In this document: one piece after another, positions 27,529 to 40,451 of the stretch
Numbering within the stretch: the stretch's first letter is position 1
How the letters are laid out: every line of letters begins with the position of its first letter
Source: Botryllus schlosseri
Lineage: Eukaryota
NCBI GenBank assembly: GCA_051294905.1
Contig: CM119371.1
Span: 24,864,001 to 24,928,000, forward strand
Length of the DNA: 64,000 nt
Direction of reading: 5' to 3'
Program-made: the position numbers and the translations under genes
Notes under the pieces: model-generated
Database searches by the model: none
What the model was told of the DNA's origin: nothing
The model's input: only the letters and a program-made list of their open reading frames with translations

Positions 27529-27696
27529 ATCTCAAATCTGATCATTATCGATGCCAAAATGTCTGCTGAAAGTTTTCGTGAAATCGCAATCACACTCAAG
27601 ACCACATGTTGCAAAAAGATACATTTCTCAAACTGTGAATTGACGGCACGCAAGCTCTCGGAATTCATCAATGGATGTAAAGAGAACCATCTATCT
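27529..27696 (+). CDS. LRR exon, type B variant (168 nt, phase 0-0)
   Basis: tattttgtAG acceptor, GTAAGT donor; ISNLIIIDAKMSAESFREIAITLKTTCCKKIHFSNCELTARKLSEFINGCKENHLS. Absent from the ORF track. Confidence 0.88.
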
Positions 27697-29501
27697 GTAA
27701 GTTGGAATAATGTTCCTGAAAGGGGAATTATTTAGATTGGGTGTGAAAATAAGGGCGATCGTGATCTTTCGGTATAGATTGCGAGAACCAACCGAAAGCC
27801 ACAAAACTATAGTGATTGTAGGTCTTCTTGGGTAAAAGAGCAATATAGACTGAAATTTGCCATACTCGTGGGTTTGGTAGACCATAGGATGACTGCTGTA
27901 TCTGTAAATTAGACAGCGAATCTCCACCTGGTCAGGATCGGAAAAATGAATCGAAGCTGGTTCGATATATCACAGAGGTATTTAAATATGTGCTTGGCCT
28001 TAAATGGCATGCAAATTCCTTCTCAATATGCATCAACCAATGATCCAGTCTTGTCAATACATGATATGTATAATTTACTGTATTAAAATCTGGTAGAATC
28101 GTAATTTGAGGATTTGTATTATAAAGGCTAGCAATAACTGCAGAGTCTGGCAAAGAAGTGTCATCTAGTGATAGTTGCCAGAAAAGAAAGTATGAACAGG
28201 AAAATAGAGTGGTAACTAGAAACGTTAATACGAAACCAAACAACAAAACTTTGTCACGAGTTACCCAACGGAGACGGATTTGCGGAATAATAAAATTACC
28301 GGGCTGAAACCTTCCTTACATTCTAATCATAACTTAAAGGAACTACTCCGCACTGCTTTGTCGTCATTTCAGTCCGATTTCATACACCTTGCAGCCCAGG
28401 TGGAGACGAACCAAATCACCACTCACTATTGAACTAAATTCGGTAGCCTAGATTTCATTTGACGAAATATATCCGTATTTCATAATTTTTGTGTTCGGGC
28501 TATTTTAACGCTAAAATTATTGATTTGTGGCTCACGTATGAAGCAGATCTTTCCACCCTGATATAGGTATATATATATTCGTATAATATTATACGCTGTG
28601 AAGGAACGGAGTTCAGGGGAGGATATGTTCGTCACAACAATTTTTAACCGTGACCAAATTGAAAAGGATTGAATCTACATTGGAAAGTCCCTTAAAAACA
28701 GGAATTTTCCCATTATTTTTTTGCTATAATTTCGGCAGATCAATATGGATTACCGTTCTTGAACTTACGTGTCTAATAACTAACCCATTTACTAGTCAAA
28801 ACGATCTTATGATATCAGATTGCCTTGTTCGAGCACTGTGGCGTTTGTCGACCACATTGAAACTCTTTTTAATGTTAGCCAATACTCAGTCAACCAAATG
28901 CTGAAATTTTGTCACTTCGATTTGTCGACAAAATGACTGTACACAATGAATAAGTGAGCGACTCTGGACTCCTCCAATGCTTTTGATCACTACAACCAAA
29001 TCCCACAGGTCAGGAACAGTTATATATTTCTGATATTGGATTGGACGGATAAAATCCACATTCTACGTTACTCTTGCTGTCGACGCAAGTAGCCCTAGAC
29101 AGAAAAAAACATCTAGTGTTCTCAAACTTGGCATTTACTTTACTTTGATTTTGATACCAATCTTTAAGTTAATTTGATGTACAGGAAACTTACAGATATG
29201 AATAATAGTTTTTGCCAATTTGTTTACATATTTGGTATTGGAATTCTTATATCATAGCAAATAGAATTATTTTTTGCTGTCGACGGCAAATATCCCTGCA
29301 CTTAAAAAGCATCTACTATTTAAAGCATAATAGTTACAATACTATTATCTTGGTATCAATTCGCATTGTGCTACAGACAAAGGTGGTCAAAGTAGGAGTA
29401 GAAACGCAAAAATCAAGCACAAAAGAATAAAGTCCGATATTGGGCAATTCAGTATCGTATCGGAATAGCCATATCCACCAACCACCATAGCACATTATAA
29501 A

Positions 29502-29694
29502 CAATGTCCCCTCTAAGCTGCGTACGTGCGCAAATGCGCAGTGCTGACATGGACCCTGCGCCCAGAAAATCTAAGTTGCGCACAAAAAATCCGAAGTGAC
29601 GACCTTTTTTCAGTCGTTACACCCTTTTGTCCATGGGTCTGCGCAGTGACTTGGGGATTGTGCGCGGACTCGTTAAAAATTAGAGGGAACATTG
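29502..29694. mobile_element. Small hAT MITE
   Basis: TIRs caatgtcccctctaa / ttagagggaacattg; degraded TSD attataaa / attacata. Confidence 0.75.
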
Positions 29695-30041
29695 ATTACA
29701 TAGCATACTAAGTGCATCTGTATCCAATGCGAAGAGAATTGTTTCGGAGCAGATCATCACCGATCTACCGTCTCAAATTTGCTAGTCTAGATAGTAATGC
29801 ATTCCCACGTCAAGGAAATGGTTTTATACGGAGCATTGAGTCGCTAAGACACGCTCCATAATCTTTCAACCATAGAAATTCACCGATTGAATATTTTTCG
29901 CTATATTTTCGTTCGATGATTTGCATGGACTCTCTCGATTATTTTAGGTGACTACGCGAACTGAATGTCAGACATTCCAGCGAGCAATTATATCATGGTC
30001 TTGACTAATCACTACTGACAAGTTGCATCATTATCATTCAG

Positions 30042-30209
30042 CTTGGCAAGCTGTCGATATATGATGGAACGATGACGTCAGATATCTACGGTAACGTTGC
30101 GGGTATTATCCGCATCACGGGATGTTCGACGATATTATTTGGAGAATGCGATTTGACGAAACAAAAGTTGCAAAGTTTCACCAGAACTGGCAGGAATAAT
30201 AAAATATCA
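30042..30209 (+). CDS. LRR exon, type A (168 nt, phase 0-0)
   Basis: ttatcattcAG acceptor, GTAAGT donor; LGKLSIYDGTMTSDIYGNVAGIIRITGCSTILFGECDLTKQKLQSFTRTGRNNKIS. Absent from the ORF track. Confidence 0.88.
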
Positions 30210-30352
30210 GTAAGTTGCAAATTTTGCTGATTGATTTGTTTTGATATAAATGACCTGTATTATGAAAACAAGTACCATGAAGTAAATCGACCTTAAACTC
30301 TACACCGTAATTATTAATCAACCGGATATGGTGATTATATCTTATTTCCTAG

Positions 30353-30520
30353 CTCTCGAAGCTTCACATAAGAGATGTCAAAATGCCCGCTGAATGTTAC
30401 CGCGAAATCGCAACTACACTCAAGTCCATCAGTTGCAAAGAGATCGTGTTCGGACGCTGTGAATTGACGAGTCTGAAGCTTTCTGAATTCTACAATGGAT
30501 GTAAAGACAACGATCTATCT
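30353..30520 (+). CDS. LRR exon, type B variant (168 nt, phase 0-0)
   Basis: cttatttcctAG acceptor after a 143-nt intron, GTAAGT donor; LSKLHIRDVKMPAECYREIATTLKSISCKEIVFGRCELTSLKLSEFYNGCKDNDLS. Confidence 0.88.
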
Positions 30521-30665
30521 GTAAGTTTAGTTATTGTACAGAAAACGTGCATTGCTTGTATCACGAGTGCTCGCTAAATTTTCGTTCGGTTTCTTATTCT
30601 TACCCGCATATCACGATATAATACTAATCCCAAAATATACTGCGTTTGACGAGTGATATTGACAG

Positions 30666-31955
30666 CATGGCCGTAACTGCACTTCGTCAGGCTCCCCTAA
30701 AACGTTGGTCTTTCCCCCCCCCCCCATATGGTGATAAACCGAACTTCTGGGGGGATTCGCCCCCCTCTCCCGACCCCTAAGGCTATACGCTGTTTACCGC
30801 TACTTATCTGCTCCATTGGGTGTCCGTTTGGTGAGCCAGATTTTATTCCCTTAACCCGCCAAGCGCGAGAAATTTCTATAGTTCATTACTGAATCTCTCC
30901 GCTCACGCAATCTGATTTACCGGTAAAGCTGAGTTAGGTGTGCTTGAAAAGGCAGGACCCCTCAATAATAATTAAACATTACCGGGTGTATACCCGTTGG
31001 CAGGAACGAAACAGCACTTCGTCAGCCCCTATAAAAATTGAGTCTTTGGCTCAATGGGCTGATGAACTGACCCCCGCTCCATCGCGTTTTTCGCTTTTGC
31101 CACGGAATTACAGCTGTACCCTGATGTGAGTTAGCGCGATGCGCGAAAATTTTCGATAATTCGTGATAAAATCGGTCAATACGATCGGGAATTGCATATA
31201 TATTGCTATCAATTTCTTGTCCTCTCTACTCACGCAATCAAATTTACCGGTAGGGCTGAGTGAGGTGTCTTTGAAACTGTAAAGCCCGTAAATAATAATT
31301 GAACATATTTGGCGGGCGGACCCGTCGGTATGACTTCGTTACATGATGCTATTTCATGACCTCCGGTCTGCTATATCAAAAAATATAGAATCGCCCAAAC
31401 GTACTAAACTGAAGGACCATGCGATTTCAGATTGGTACTTCTTCACTGGCATATAATTTTTTCCTGCGGGGTGGTATTTGTCTTGTGACGTACAGATTGG
31501 CAAGACAGGAGCATTCGGAGCCAGTCATTTAGGCACCTATATGGACAATTAAACCTATATGCATTTTATAGATATAACGAAGTTTCCGGTCAGCATAAGG
31601 GCAGTCCTTTACGGCCAAAGTTTTCTCGCTGCCGATCGTTATGTCACACTTCTGGGAGTCGCATGTTTCATGGCCTAAAACTTTATATATCTTGGTGCGT
31701 CGTAGCGCGGTTATGGCCAACGCCGATATGCCCTTTTCTATAAATCTTGCGTATCTTTTCGTGGGGTGGGAGTACCCAATATTCAAGATATTTGGCGACT
31801 TGAAATCGCGGCGAGCGCGAAAACCTTTTGAAAAAGTTGCATAAATTTTCAAAAAAGACTCTATAATTTATGCCAATTCACGAAATAATTTTGAGTCCTC
31901 TTCGAGCTCGCCCCCCCCCTAATTGTGGATTCGGGGTGCGGCTGTTACGGCCCTG
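30666..31955. mobile_element. hAT non-autonomous element
   Basis: TIRs catggccgtaac / gttacggccctg; TSD attgacag / actgacag. Empty paralogous site aatattgacagtacttatt near 22435. Confidence 0.85.
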
Positions 31956-33204
31956 ACTGACAGTACTTATTCCGTGGATTGGCAGATCAAGGTGACCTCT
32001 GTGCTTGAAAAATAGTCCGAAATCCTTCTAAATATTGAGCACACAACACAAAATTGACAAAATGAATTACCGAATAACTCGTGGACTATTGTAATGCTTT
32101 TGATCGCTGCAAGCTAATCCCGCATGTTAGAAACAGTTGGAAAATTCCGTTGACTGTATTGCAACGCACTGATAAGAATGGCGATGATAGTTGGGGGTAG
32201 TCCAGTAAAAGAGACGGGTAAGTTAAAATAAAATGAGTATAGAGAGCTATACAAATTTGTTGTGGATACGCGGCCCACGATAATATAGCTTGTACACTAC
32301 ATCGTTGGATTTCCTAGATTACAATGCGATACGATCATATTTTCATTGAAAAAGTTAAAGACGACAAGAACTGCGGGATGTAAGAAGAATAAATCAGCAA
32401 AACCGTAGACATTATGCTTATTTATTTCTCGACCTTTTTTGACACTGGAAGGGACAGATAATCAGAAGTGGAATGATTTCGCGCTCTCTACCTCGGTATC
32501 CCTGTAAAGAAACATTTCTACTATTCTGAAACTTGACTTACATATCAGTTTTCATTGTATGACTGCCTCCTGAAATTCCCAACTATGACGTACCGTTTGA
32601 ACCGTGTGGTGTTTCATACATTTTCCGCACAATTGAATCCAAGGAAGTTTTGCGAATAACATCGTAAGCTACGGCCGAGATTCGCAAAAATATGGGACTG
32701 CAATATTTTTTTTTTCATTACGAGCTCGGAAGATGTTGATGAAAATATAGTTTACTAGAGATGTTGCAAACATTTATTTACGTTGGTGTCCGGCATGGGA
32801 ACCGTGAGCTACATGTCCACAGACCAATATTTGCGGTTTTCCCCTGTGAAAGTTTTGTGTGAAGTACCAGTATTTTCCAATAATCTTGGGAGTAATCGTA
32901 AACATTCTTGAGATAGTAACTGCACCGCGATGACAGCAAAGGAAGTTTAACCCAAACCTAACAGGTAAATTGCGACTTAATAAATATTTAACAATTTCGA
33001 TAAAGTTGCTTCATATCATACCATAATAATTTCTAATATTAAAATAACTCGCTTTCGGTACTTCTACGTACTTGGACTATGCCTATATATTCCTCTAGAA
33101 TTAAATGTTAGCTCTGTGTCATAACGAAGAACCATTGTATTTGGGCATGTTGTGAAAAATAATTATTCGGCTCTCTGGCTAAGCTTGGGTAACATACTCG
33201 AAGC

Positions 33205-36200
33205 CAGGGCTCACCATCCCGCGGCCCGCGAGGTCATATTTTTTGGCCCGCGACCTGCTTTGAATTTCGGAAGAAAGCTTGGTAAAGCATTTTGGAATGC
33301 TGAAATTGATTTCAGTTTAAACAAATTGTTGTTGCTGTTCAAAGTAAGCCATTCTCTTGTTTCCAATATCACTAGCTGATACATCTTCGGCGATGATAAA
33401 ATCAATCCATGGAGGATGAATTTGATGATACGAATGGGCATACTGCCTTGTTGTGCAATGGTCGCCACTGCCAAGACCAAGACGCGTGGAAAACGACCAA
33501 GCTTTACGAGGGAAATAATTTTCCAGCAAGAACCATTTCTAGCTAACCCCAATATCGATTCTTTAGTCTAGTAGTGGGCAATCTGCGGCAGTAGAAGGAA
33601 AATGATGCGGCCGCCGACGCTTAATTCAATTAGGATGTGTTGGCGACCGTCAATATGCAAATTTAATTTACGTATTGAATCCCTAATTAATTAGAGGTTT
33701 AAATTTTTCTTGAAATTTGCATCGCGCTACGCGCGGTTCGAAGCGAGTTGATTTTCGATTTTAATATAGTAGTGTCATTTGTAATCTGAGCCTCACAGTA
33801 CAGATGCGAACACCAAAGGAAAAGGATGCGAACCATAAAGAAATACCAATTTGTACCGGTGAATCTGTGCACATGGGCTGAGATAGGATAAATATTTCAT
33901 AATAATATTTGAAACCATAATAATATTCAATGGCGAAATTGACCCATGAATACCAAAAATTTTTTGCGCAGGGCGCGACTGCAGTACGATTCCCCGGGCC
34001 TGTTCACAACTTGACTACCCACGGTTTCGGTGCGCAGTGTAAGCCGATATGAGTAAATAGATTAGACCGGAGTTCAACGGCAAAGGGCATGGGCAGTTAT
34101 ACGCGGGTATTTCGCCTCCAGTTAGTGCATTACGACTATGCACTGGAACGCGGCCGTAGGCTATAAGCATAAGCGCCGAGTTACGGGGTACCGGGGTGGC
34201 GCAGCCACCCCATGACTCATTTATGGGGTGGCGGCCACCCCATACAAAATGCTTGAACACCCTTGGTCTGCGACACGACATCAGCCCAACGACGCAAACC
34301 AGATCATCAGCGATGTCAATAAGCGAGTCCGTGTTATCGCGCAAATGCCAACTATTTACTAGGGATGGTGTGAACTTGAGGTTCACGTTCGCGTTCTGTA
34401 TGTGAACCTCGGAAATTTAGAGGTTCGCGTTCACAACAGAACCTTGGTAGGTTCTGCACTGTGAACCTTTTTCATATATTACAATTTTCACTTCATTATG
34501 ACATTTTCGGTTCGAATTTATTGCATTTCAACTGCGGGCCACTCTATGCATGACTCTAGCAGCATAAAAAACAATAACACAAAACGAGCATGCACCTTGA
34601 CAATCTCAGAGATTCTACTTGCTTTATGACTAAAGTTTGCTTGAAATATCAAGCTTTCCGTTTGTGAAATTTAGTGACTCTCTGCTGTGAGCTTGAACCG
34701 CAATCACACAAGATCACGAGCGACATGCAGTACACGTAGTCAGCGAATGATGCTTATTCTACCAATCAATGAGATTGATATCGTTTTTTGATGTAACAAA
34801 TCTAGCAGGCGTACGGGGTCAATCCTCACTTCATATGTTTACTGTATCATTAAAACCAAATCCGTGCGATTGAGGTGTTGGCTACAGCTGTATAACTTGT
34901 GACGTAGCCTAATATCGGTAGCAAGTATAGAAATCTGTTTTACACTCTGCCCAATATCAATGTAGCAATACTCAGATGCCGAATACATTGTCCGGTCTGG
35001 CTAAGACCGTTGAGGCGTAAGCTTATATTCCCTGGCAATTCCTCGTCGAAATTGTTGGCAAAGCGACGGATGATATTGATTTTATGGGAGTATTAAATCA
35101 TTTGATTGCCTCGGTTGATACATTTAGCGACGTTTCAAATGCCAATATGTACTTCAGCATTGTGTCATTATGTGGCCCGGGTCGTCGCTAGGTATCGTGT
35201 ACATTAATATAGGCTATCACTTCATTGAAATGTAGGGTTGTAATTAGCAATATGACGTCACGTGACGTCATAAGGCTCACGTTCGCGTTCACACAGAACC
35301 TTTCAAAAAGGTTCGCGTTCACACGAACCTGAACCTTTCAGAGGTGCACACCATCCCTACTATTTACAATTAACCAATACGCGCGCGTGAATAGAGACGA
35401 CGAACTCGTGCTAAAACGCCCCAATAGATTGTAATCCGTGTTTAGTAATGATAATCAGACATTCGAAGCGACCTCGTTTATGGTCGATTTCGACGAGTCT
35501 GCGGCCTGCGCTGAGAAACACCATCTTCTCTCTCGACCAGACGAGCGAATTCACGTTCTCCTTCCAATTAAATTATATTAGCGCGCATATTCGTTTACAA
35601 AATAATTCTTGACTTAATGTGGTGATAGTCGCTTTAATTGGACCGCGAAATAGGACGGTGTGTTTGTGTATGCCTGCGACTTCAAAGTCATTTCTGTTCA
35701 AAGTGCGCATATTCATTATTCTGACAAACCAACTTTTATCGGGAAAAGCAGCAATGCAGCTCAAACGTCGTTATAATGAGTAAAACAATTGTCGCGCTGT
35801 CAGATTAGGATCCCCAATGTGCCGTGCGCAAGTTGAGGAATTACTGATTAGATGCGCGCTTTCTCGTTTGCTACCATCTGTAGGCTACAAATTCTTGTCT
35901 GCTTTATATACTAAAATTCCCGCGATGTTACTTGTCAGTGTTTTATTTGTTATTGATACTGCGCATTGTGCAATGCACGGCGTTGAATCACGTTGTCAAG
36001 TATTGATGCAACACAAGACTATCTGTGGCGCAAATTCTGAATTTATTCGATTAGTTTGAACGGGAACCTTCTATGTTCCAACGAACCTCATTGATGGACG
36101 GACTGTATTGAGCGCAACCACATCGCGGATTTCAAACTACTGGGATTTGTATTTCTATTGATATGGTCGCGGCATGCGCCCATATTGCCCTTGTTGCAAT

Positions 36201-37499
36201 AACACCTGTATAATTAAAATAGCACCGTTTCACGATCAAATTCGACTGGCTGATCGGGGCCTACGTTGGCTGTAGGCCCCGGGCTGATATTAACCAGTGC
36301 GTGCCGGCTGCCGGTATTAAAACCCTACCTACGTGCGTAGTCAGGGAGTTTCTCATTTAAAACTAGAAATCGCGTCCTTTTGAAATGCCAATCCACTAAT
36401 TCGCGTTATCGATGCTGCGTACTGCAAATTAGCGAGAATCATTTGTATGTGAAATGGGTCATTGACATCTGATTTGCACCATCGTCGCGTTTTTGATTTA
36501 GCGCGTCCGCGTGCAGGCTAGGCCTGATATCGTTACTACAGCAGGACTGGCGCATGCGATAACACCGCTAGCCTTAAATTGTTACTTAAACTGCTACATG
36601 CCTCGCATGATTTGCATGCTATCTCTACTTATGCGATTGTTGCTCCAGCAAGACCGAAAGCGTGAAATTGAAAAACTTTGAATCTGCGCAATTGGCCATG
36701 AACATTGAACATACTCGAACGAACGGACGTAATTGATTAGCGCTATTGCTAGAACGTCAGAAGATGTGTGTTAAGGCTTAAGGCCGAGTTATCAGAAGAT
36801 ACGACAGGCCTGAATCACCTGAAATCGGTGCCATTACAGAGCAGATTCCACAGCAGATTTCAATCACATCAATTTGTGTAATCGTTCGTAGACAGCGAGG
36901 TTGGGTATTCAATTTTTCGCGTGCAGGCGTGCGTGTTGGTAAATGTTTGATATTGAAGCAAGATCGAAGAATCGCCGATTGACCGCTAGACTCGCTGGCA
37001 AGCTTATGCGTACTTATACGCGCAAATCCTATCCATGTATTATGGGCATTTACGCATGTATTTAACCCTAATAAATTGATGCTAGCTCGGTAGGTTTGAA
37101 CAATTTTCAAACCTCTTCCCTTTTCAATCTCGCCACCCATGTAAAAATAAAAGTCGGCGCCTATGGCTATAAGTATAATCGAAATGCGGCCGTGAAAAGC
37201 AAAAATTTAGCCCATCAATGTCTTATAGTTGCTGAAGAGTGTTGTCAGGTATCGTGCGCAGCTCACAGTTCAAAATAGAAGGAAATTGATGATCTTGATC
37301 TTTTTTTGTTGTATTTGCTCTTCTTCGATAAAATATCATTTCCTATGCCCGTCAACCATCTTATAGAGCACAGCGTTATGTACTGACGTAGGGTTATCCA
37401 AGTGGGGTTGTTAAACTGCATTGCCTATTTTTATCAATATATTGAAGTCATGCGGCCCGCGGGCCTCTGCAAATTTCGAAAAGTGGCCCATGACCCTTG
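33205..37499. mobile_element. 4.3-kb composite hAT-bounded insertion
   Basis: Starts cagggctc..gcggcccgcg and ends gcggcccgcggg..gacccttg; TSD ctcgaagc / ctctaagc. Empty site ctcaaagc at 21282-21289. Confidence 0.8.
34360..35359. mobile_element. 1-kb hAT-like element with GTGAAC repeats
   Basis: TIRs tagggatggtgtg / cacaccatcccta; perfect TSD ctatttac. Confidence 0.92.
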
Positions 37500-38367
37500 C
37501 TCTAAGCATTCATTCAATACTTGCGATAAATTCTTAGCACTTGTGGCGCAAAATCACTATGGTTCCATTACGTACGTTCCATCACGTACGAGTTGTTGGT
37601 GTTACTATATCATGTGATAAAACACTCCGTTCGATCAATAACTATTCCTGCGCTAAATTGTAACGACACCACTACCACAGCAACTCCGGCTATGACGCTG
37701 ATCACGCGAGTTGACATATGATATAAATTCAACAGTAATATATGCAACTATACCATTACTTTTGTCAAATATACATCAGTTTATTTTGGAGTAATTTCCC
37801 GATCGCGCGGCTACGAAAACGAAGGTGACTCATCTTGAAAGTAGTGTTGTGATGTGCGCGTATGTTGGCAGTTTTGGTACGCTCATCGAATCGACTTTTA
37901 TCTGCGACATTGCTACATCAGTAGGCTATTTTGCTGCAAGCTGTCAATTATATAGATATTTAAATAAATATGTTTATGGCGCGATAAAACAGGGTGAAGG
38001 GGTGCGTGCGTTCGTCACAACAGCTTTTTGGGATCTCTAAATGCAAAAATATTTTTAAAATATCGCATTTATATTAGAGATTCAGAATTTCGTTAAACAC
38101 CGGAATGTCACTGCTATTTCCAGCTACGAATTAGGCAGGTGGAGGCGCAAATGTAATAAGACACTTGATTGACTATTTCCTATTTGACTCAATTGCTCAA
38201 TATGATAAGTAAAACGTAAACGAAAATCGTAATAGCCAGGACATCGCTTCGTGTATTGGTGATTCCTGATTCGAAACCTTTCCTAAAAAAATGAGTAAAT
38301 AAATTATAATCCACTTCATAGATAATTTCAAAGCAATCGGTAATGGAAAAGAATGCTTATTTTTTAG

Positions 38368-38535
38368 CTCTTAAATCTGTGTATAATCGATCCCCAAATG
38401 CCTGCTGAAAGTTATCGTGAAATCGCAATCACACTGAAGACCACATGCTGCAAACAGATAGCGTTGGAAAACTGCGAATTGACGAGTCGGAAGCTTTTTG
38501 AATTCTACACTGGATGTAAAGACAACGATCTATCT
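38368..38535 (+). CDS. LRR exon, type B (168 nt, phase 0-0)
   Basis: cttattttttAG acceptor, GTAAGT donor; LLNLCIIDPQMPAESYREIAITLKTTCCKQIALENCELTSRKLFEFYTGCKDNDLS. Confidence 0.87.
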
Positions 38536-39107
38536 GTAAGTTTATTTAGTGTACAGAAGACGTGCATTGCTCTTATAACGAGTGAGTACACAGCACAAAA
38601 TTGGCTAATGAATTAGTGACCGACCCGTAGAATCTTGTAATGCTTGTGATCGCTGCAAGTAAAGCCCGCCTGTGGGGAACAATTGAAAAAAGCAGTTCAC
38701 ATCATTACAGCACACTAATAAAAATTGCAATGATAGTTAGGGGTATCCCGGCACAAGAGACGGGTAGGTCAAAATGAAGTTAATATCGAGGGCTATGCAA
38801 ATCAGTTCTGGATACGCCGCCATCGATAATACAGCTTGTACATTACATCGTTGGATTTCCTATAATAAATAGGAAACAATCCTAATTTCATTAAAAAGGT
38901 GTGAGAAGAATTAATCAGCAGATTCGTAGACATGATGCCTTTATCGAATGGACTTTGATCTGCGAAATTGCTACAACATTCGGTGATTTCTGCAAGGAAA
39001 TTCACCTCCTAACCTCATTGACATTTATTACATATATATATATTGCAATACATATGGTTATGGCGTGGTCGCTGTTCTTTGTGGTATTGATGGTGTTTCG
39101 ACTATAC

Positions 39108-39409
39108 CAGTGGTTTTCAACCTTTTTTTAGACACGCCCCTCTTTTTGATGGTGAAAAATTTCGCGCCCCCCCCCCTTATCGTCATATCACAAAATCCAA
39201 CCGGGATGCTAGCAACCCCAACAGATTGTTTGATGGCATGGAAGGTTATGGGTGTTGATAAGAGAATTAAAAATATGTAATGAGGTCTGTATATAGAGAA
39301 ACACACGTGAACAGGAGGCAAATCGCGCCAAGCGCGAAAATTTTTTCCAGTTGACCGCTTCTTCACGCCCCCTTCACTGCTTTCACGCCCCACAGGTTGC
39401 GAACCACTG
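39108..39409. mobile_element. ~300-bp hAT MITE
   Basis: TIRs cagtggttttcaacc / ggttgcgaaccactg; perfect TSD gactatac. Confidence 0.92.
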
Positions 39410-39772
39410 GACTATACTATGGTCATTTACACCTGACCGATATTCTTTAATTTTGATTCCGTCTCTGCCGACTTGTAGCACGGCCCACTTTTGGGCTTTC
39501 TATAAGACACCGCTTACGAGTGAGATAACAGGGTGAATGAATGCATGCGTTCGTCACAGCAGCTTTTAGGGATCGCCAAATTCAAAAATATTTAAAAATA
39601 ATTGCATGTATATCAGAGAATCAATATTTCATTGAATACCGGAATTTTACTGCTATTTCCTACGAATGGGGCAGATCGAGGCGCAAATATAGCATTATAC
39701 CAGATTGACTAGTCTCCTATTTGATTCATTCGCCTACGAAAGCTCCTCGTGCATATTAGACAATCTGATAAG

Positions 39773-40390
39773 TAGGGCGATTATTTTGACATGTCAAAAT
39801 TTTGTAAAAATAGTATCGTTAGGTGAAAATTTGTCAAAATTGTTCACAACGTCAAATTTCTTTTGACGTCTGCATCTCGTTTGTTTAGTTAATTTTGCAC
39901 TGTCGGTGAACTTATCATTTGATATTTTACAGCTTGTAGCCTAGTTCATAGGCCTACCGTTGGAAACGGCCAATTGTCTTCTCATTGAATCATAAACGGT
40001 CAAACAATACAAATAGGTAGACATGGTGTTATCATAGTGTCCTATACGGTGTCGACACAGGCAAATCTCACACCTCAGTGTAATTGTATCACGTCACAAT
40101 TTCCATTTGGCTACAGGCAATTTGACGGTCATTTTTGACCGCCCTGTCGAGCACTAAATTTGGTAAAACGGGTATCAATCGCAAGCTGACTTTGCACTGA
40201 TTACGGAAATATAAATTTTATTCCGCCCGTGGCCCTGGAACTCCCACAATCAGCCTCGAATTTTTCATTGTTATGGAGATTGGCATTGGGACGCCACAAT
40301 GCTGCCTGGCTCTATTTCTCTTGAGCTACTCTCTATTTTCGCCAGACAGCATTGTTGCGTCCCAATGCCAATCTCACTAACAATGAAAAA
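39773..40390. mobile_element. Unclassified interspersed element ending in a foldback
   Basis: 40030-40205 matches 11500-11675; 39775-40010 matches 63050-63300 inverted; 40240-40390 matches 14133-14279. Confidence 0.7.
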
Positions 40391-40451
40391 TGAATTCTTC
40401 ATCGGATGTACTCATGAATTCTTCATTGGATGTAAAGACAACCATATATCT
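40391..40451 (+). pseudogene. Broken LRR exon (3' remnant, paralog of 27529-27696)
   Basis: Reads EFFIGCKDNHIS; donor GTAAGT is replaced by ATAACT; 24-bp internal duplication; the 5' part is replaced by a repeat; the downstream intron matches 27697 onward. Confidence 0.8.

Larger units (their letters stand above)
20999..28130 (+). repeat. Segmental duplication unit 1 (paralog of about 32918-40850)
   Basis: Colinear blocks: 20999-21289 with 32918-33204, 21290-22350 with 37508-38580, 27100-27350 with 39515-39730, and 27660-28110 with 40416-40850. They differ by transposon insertions and deletions. Confidence 0.85.
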
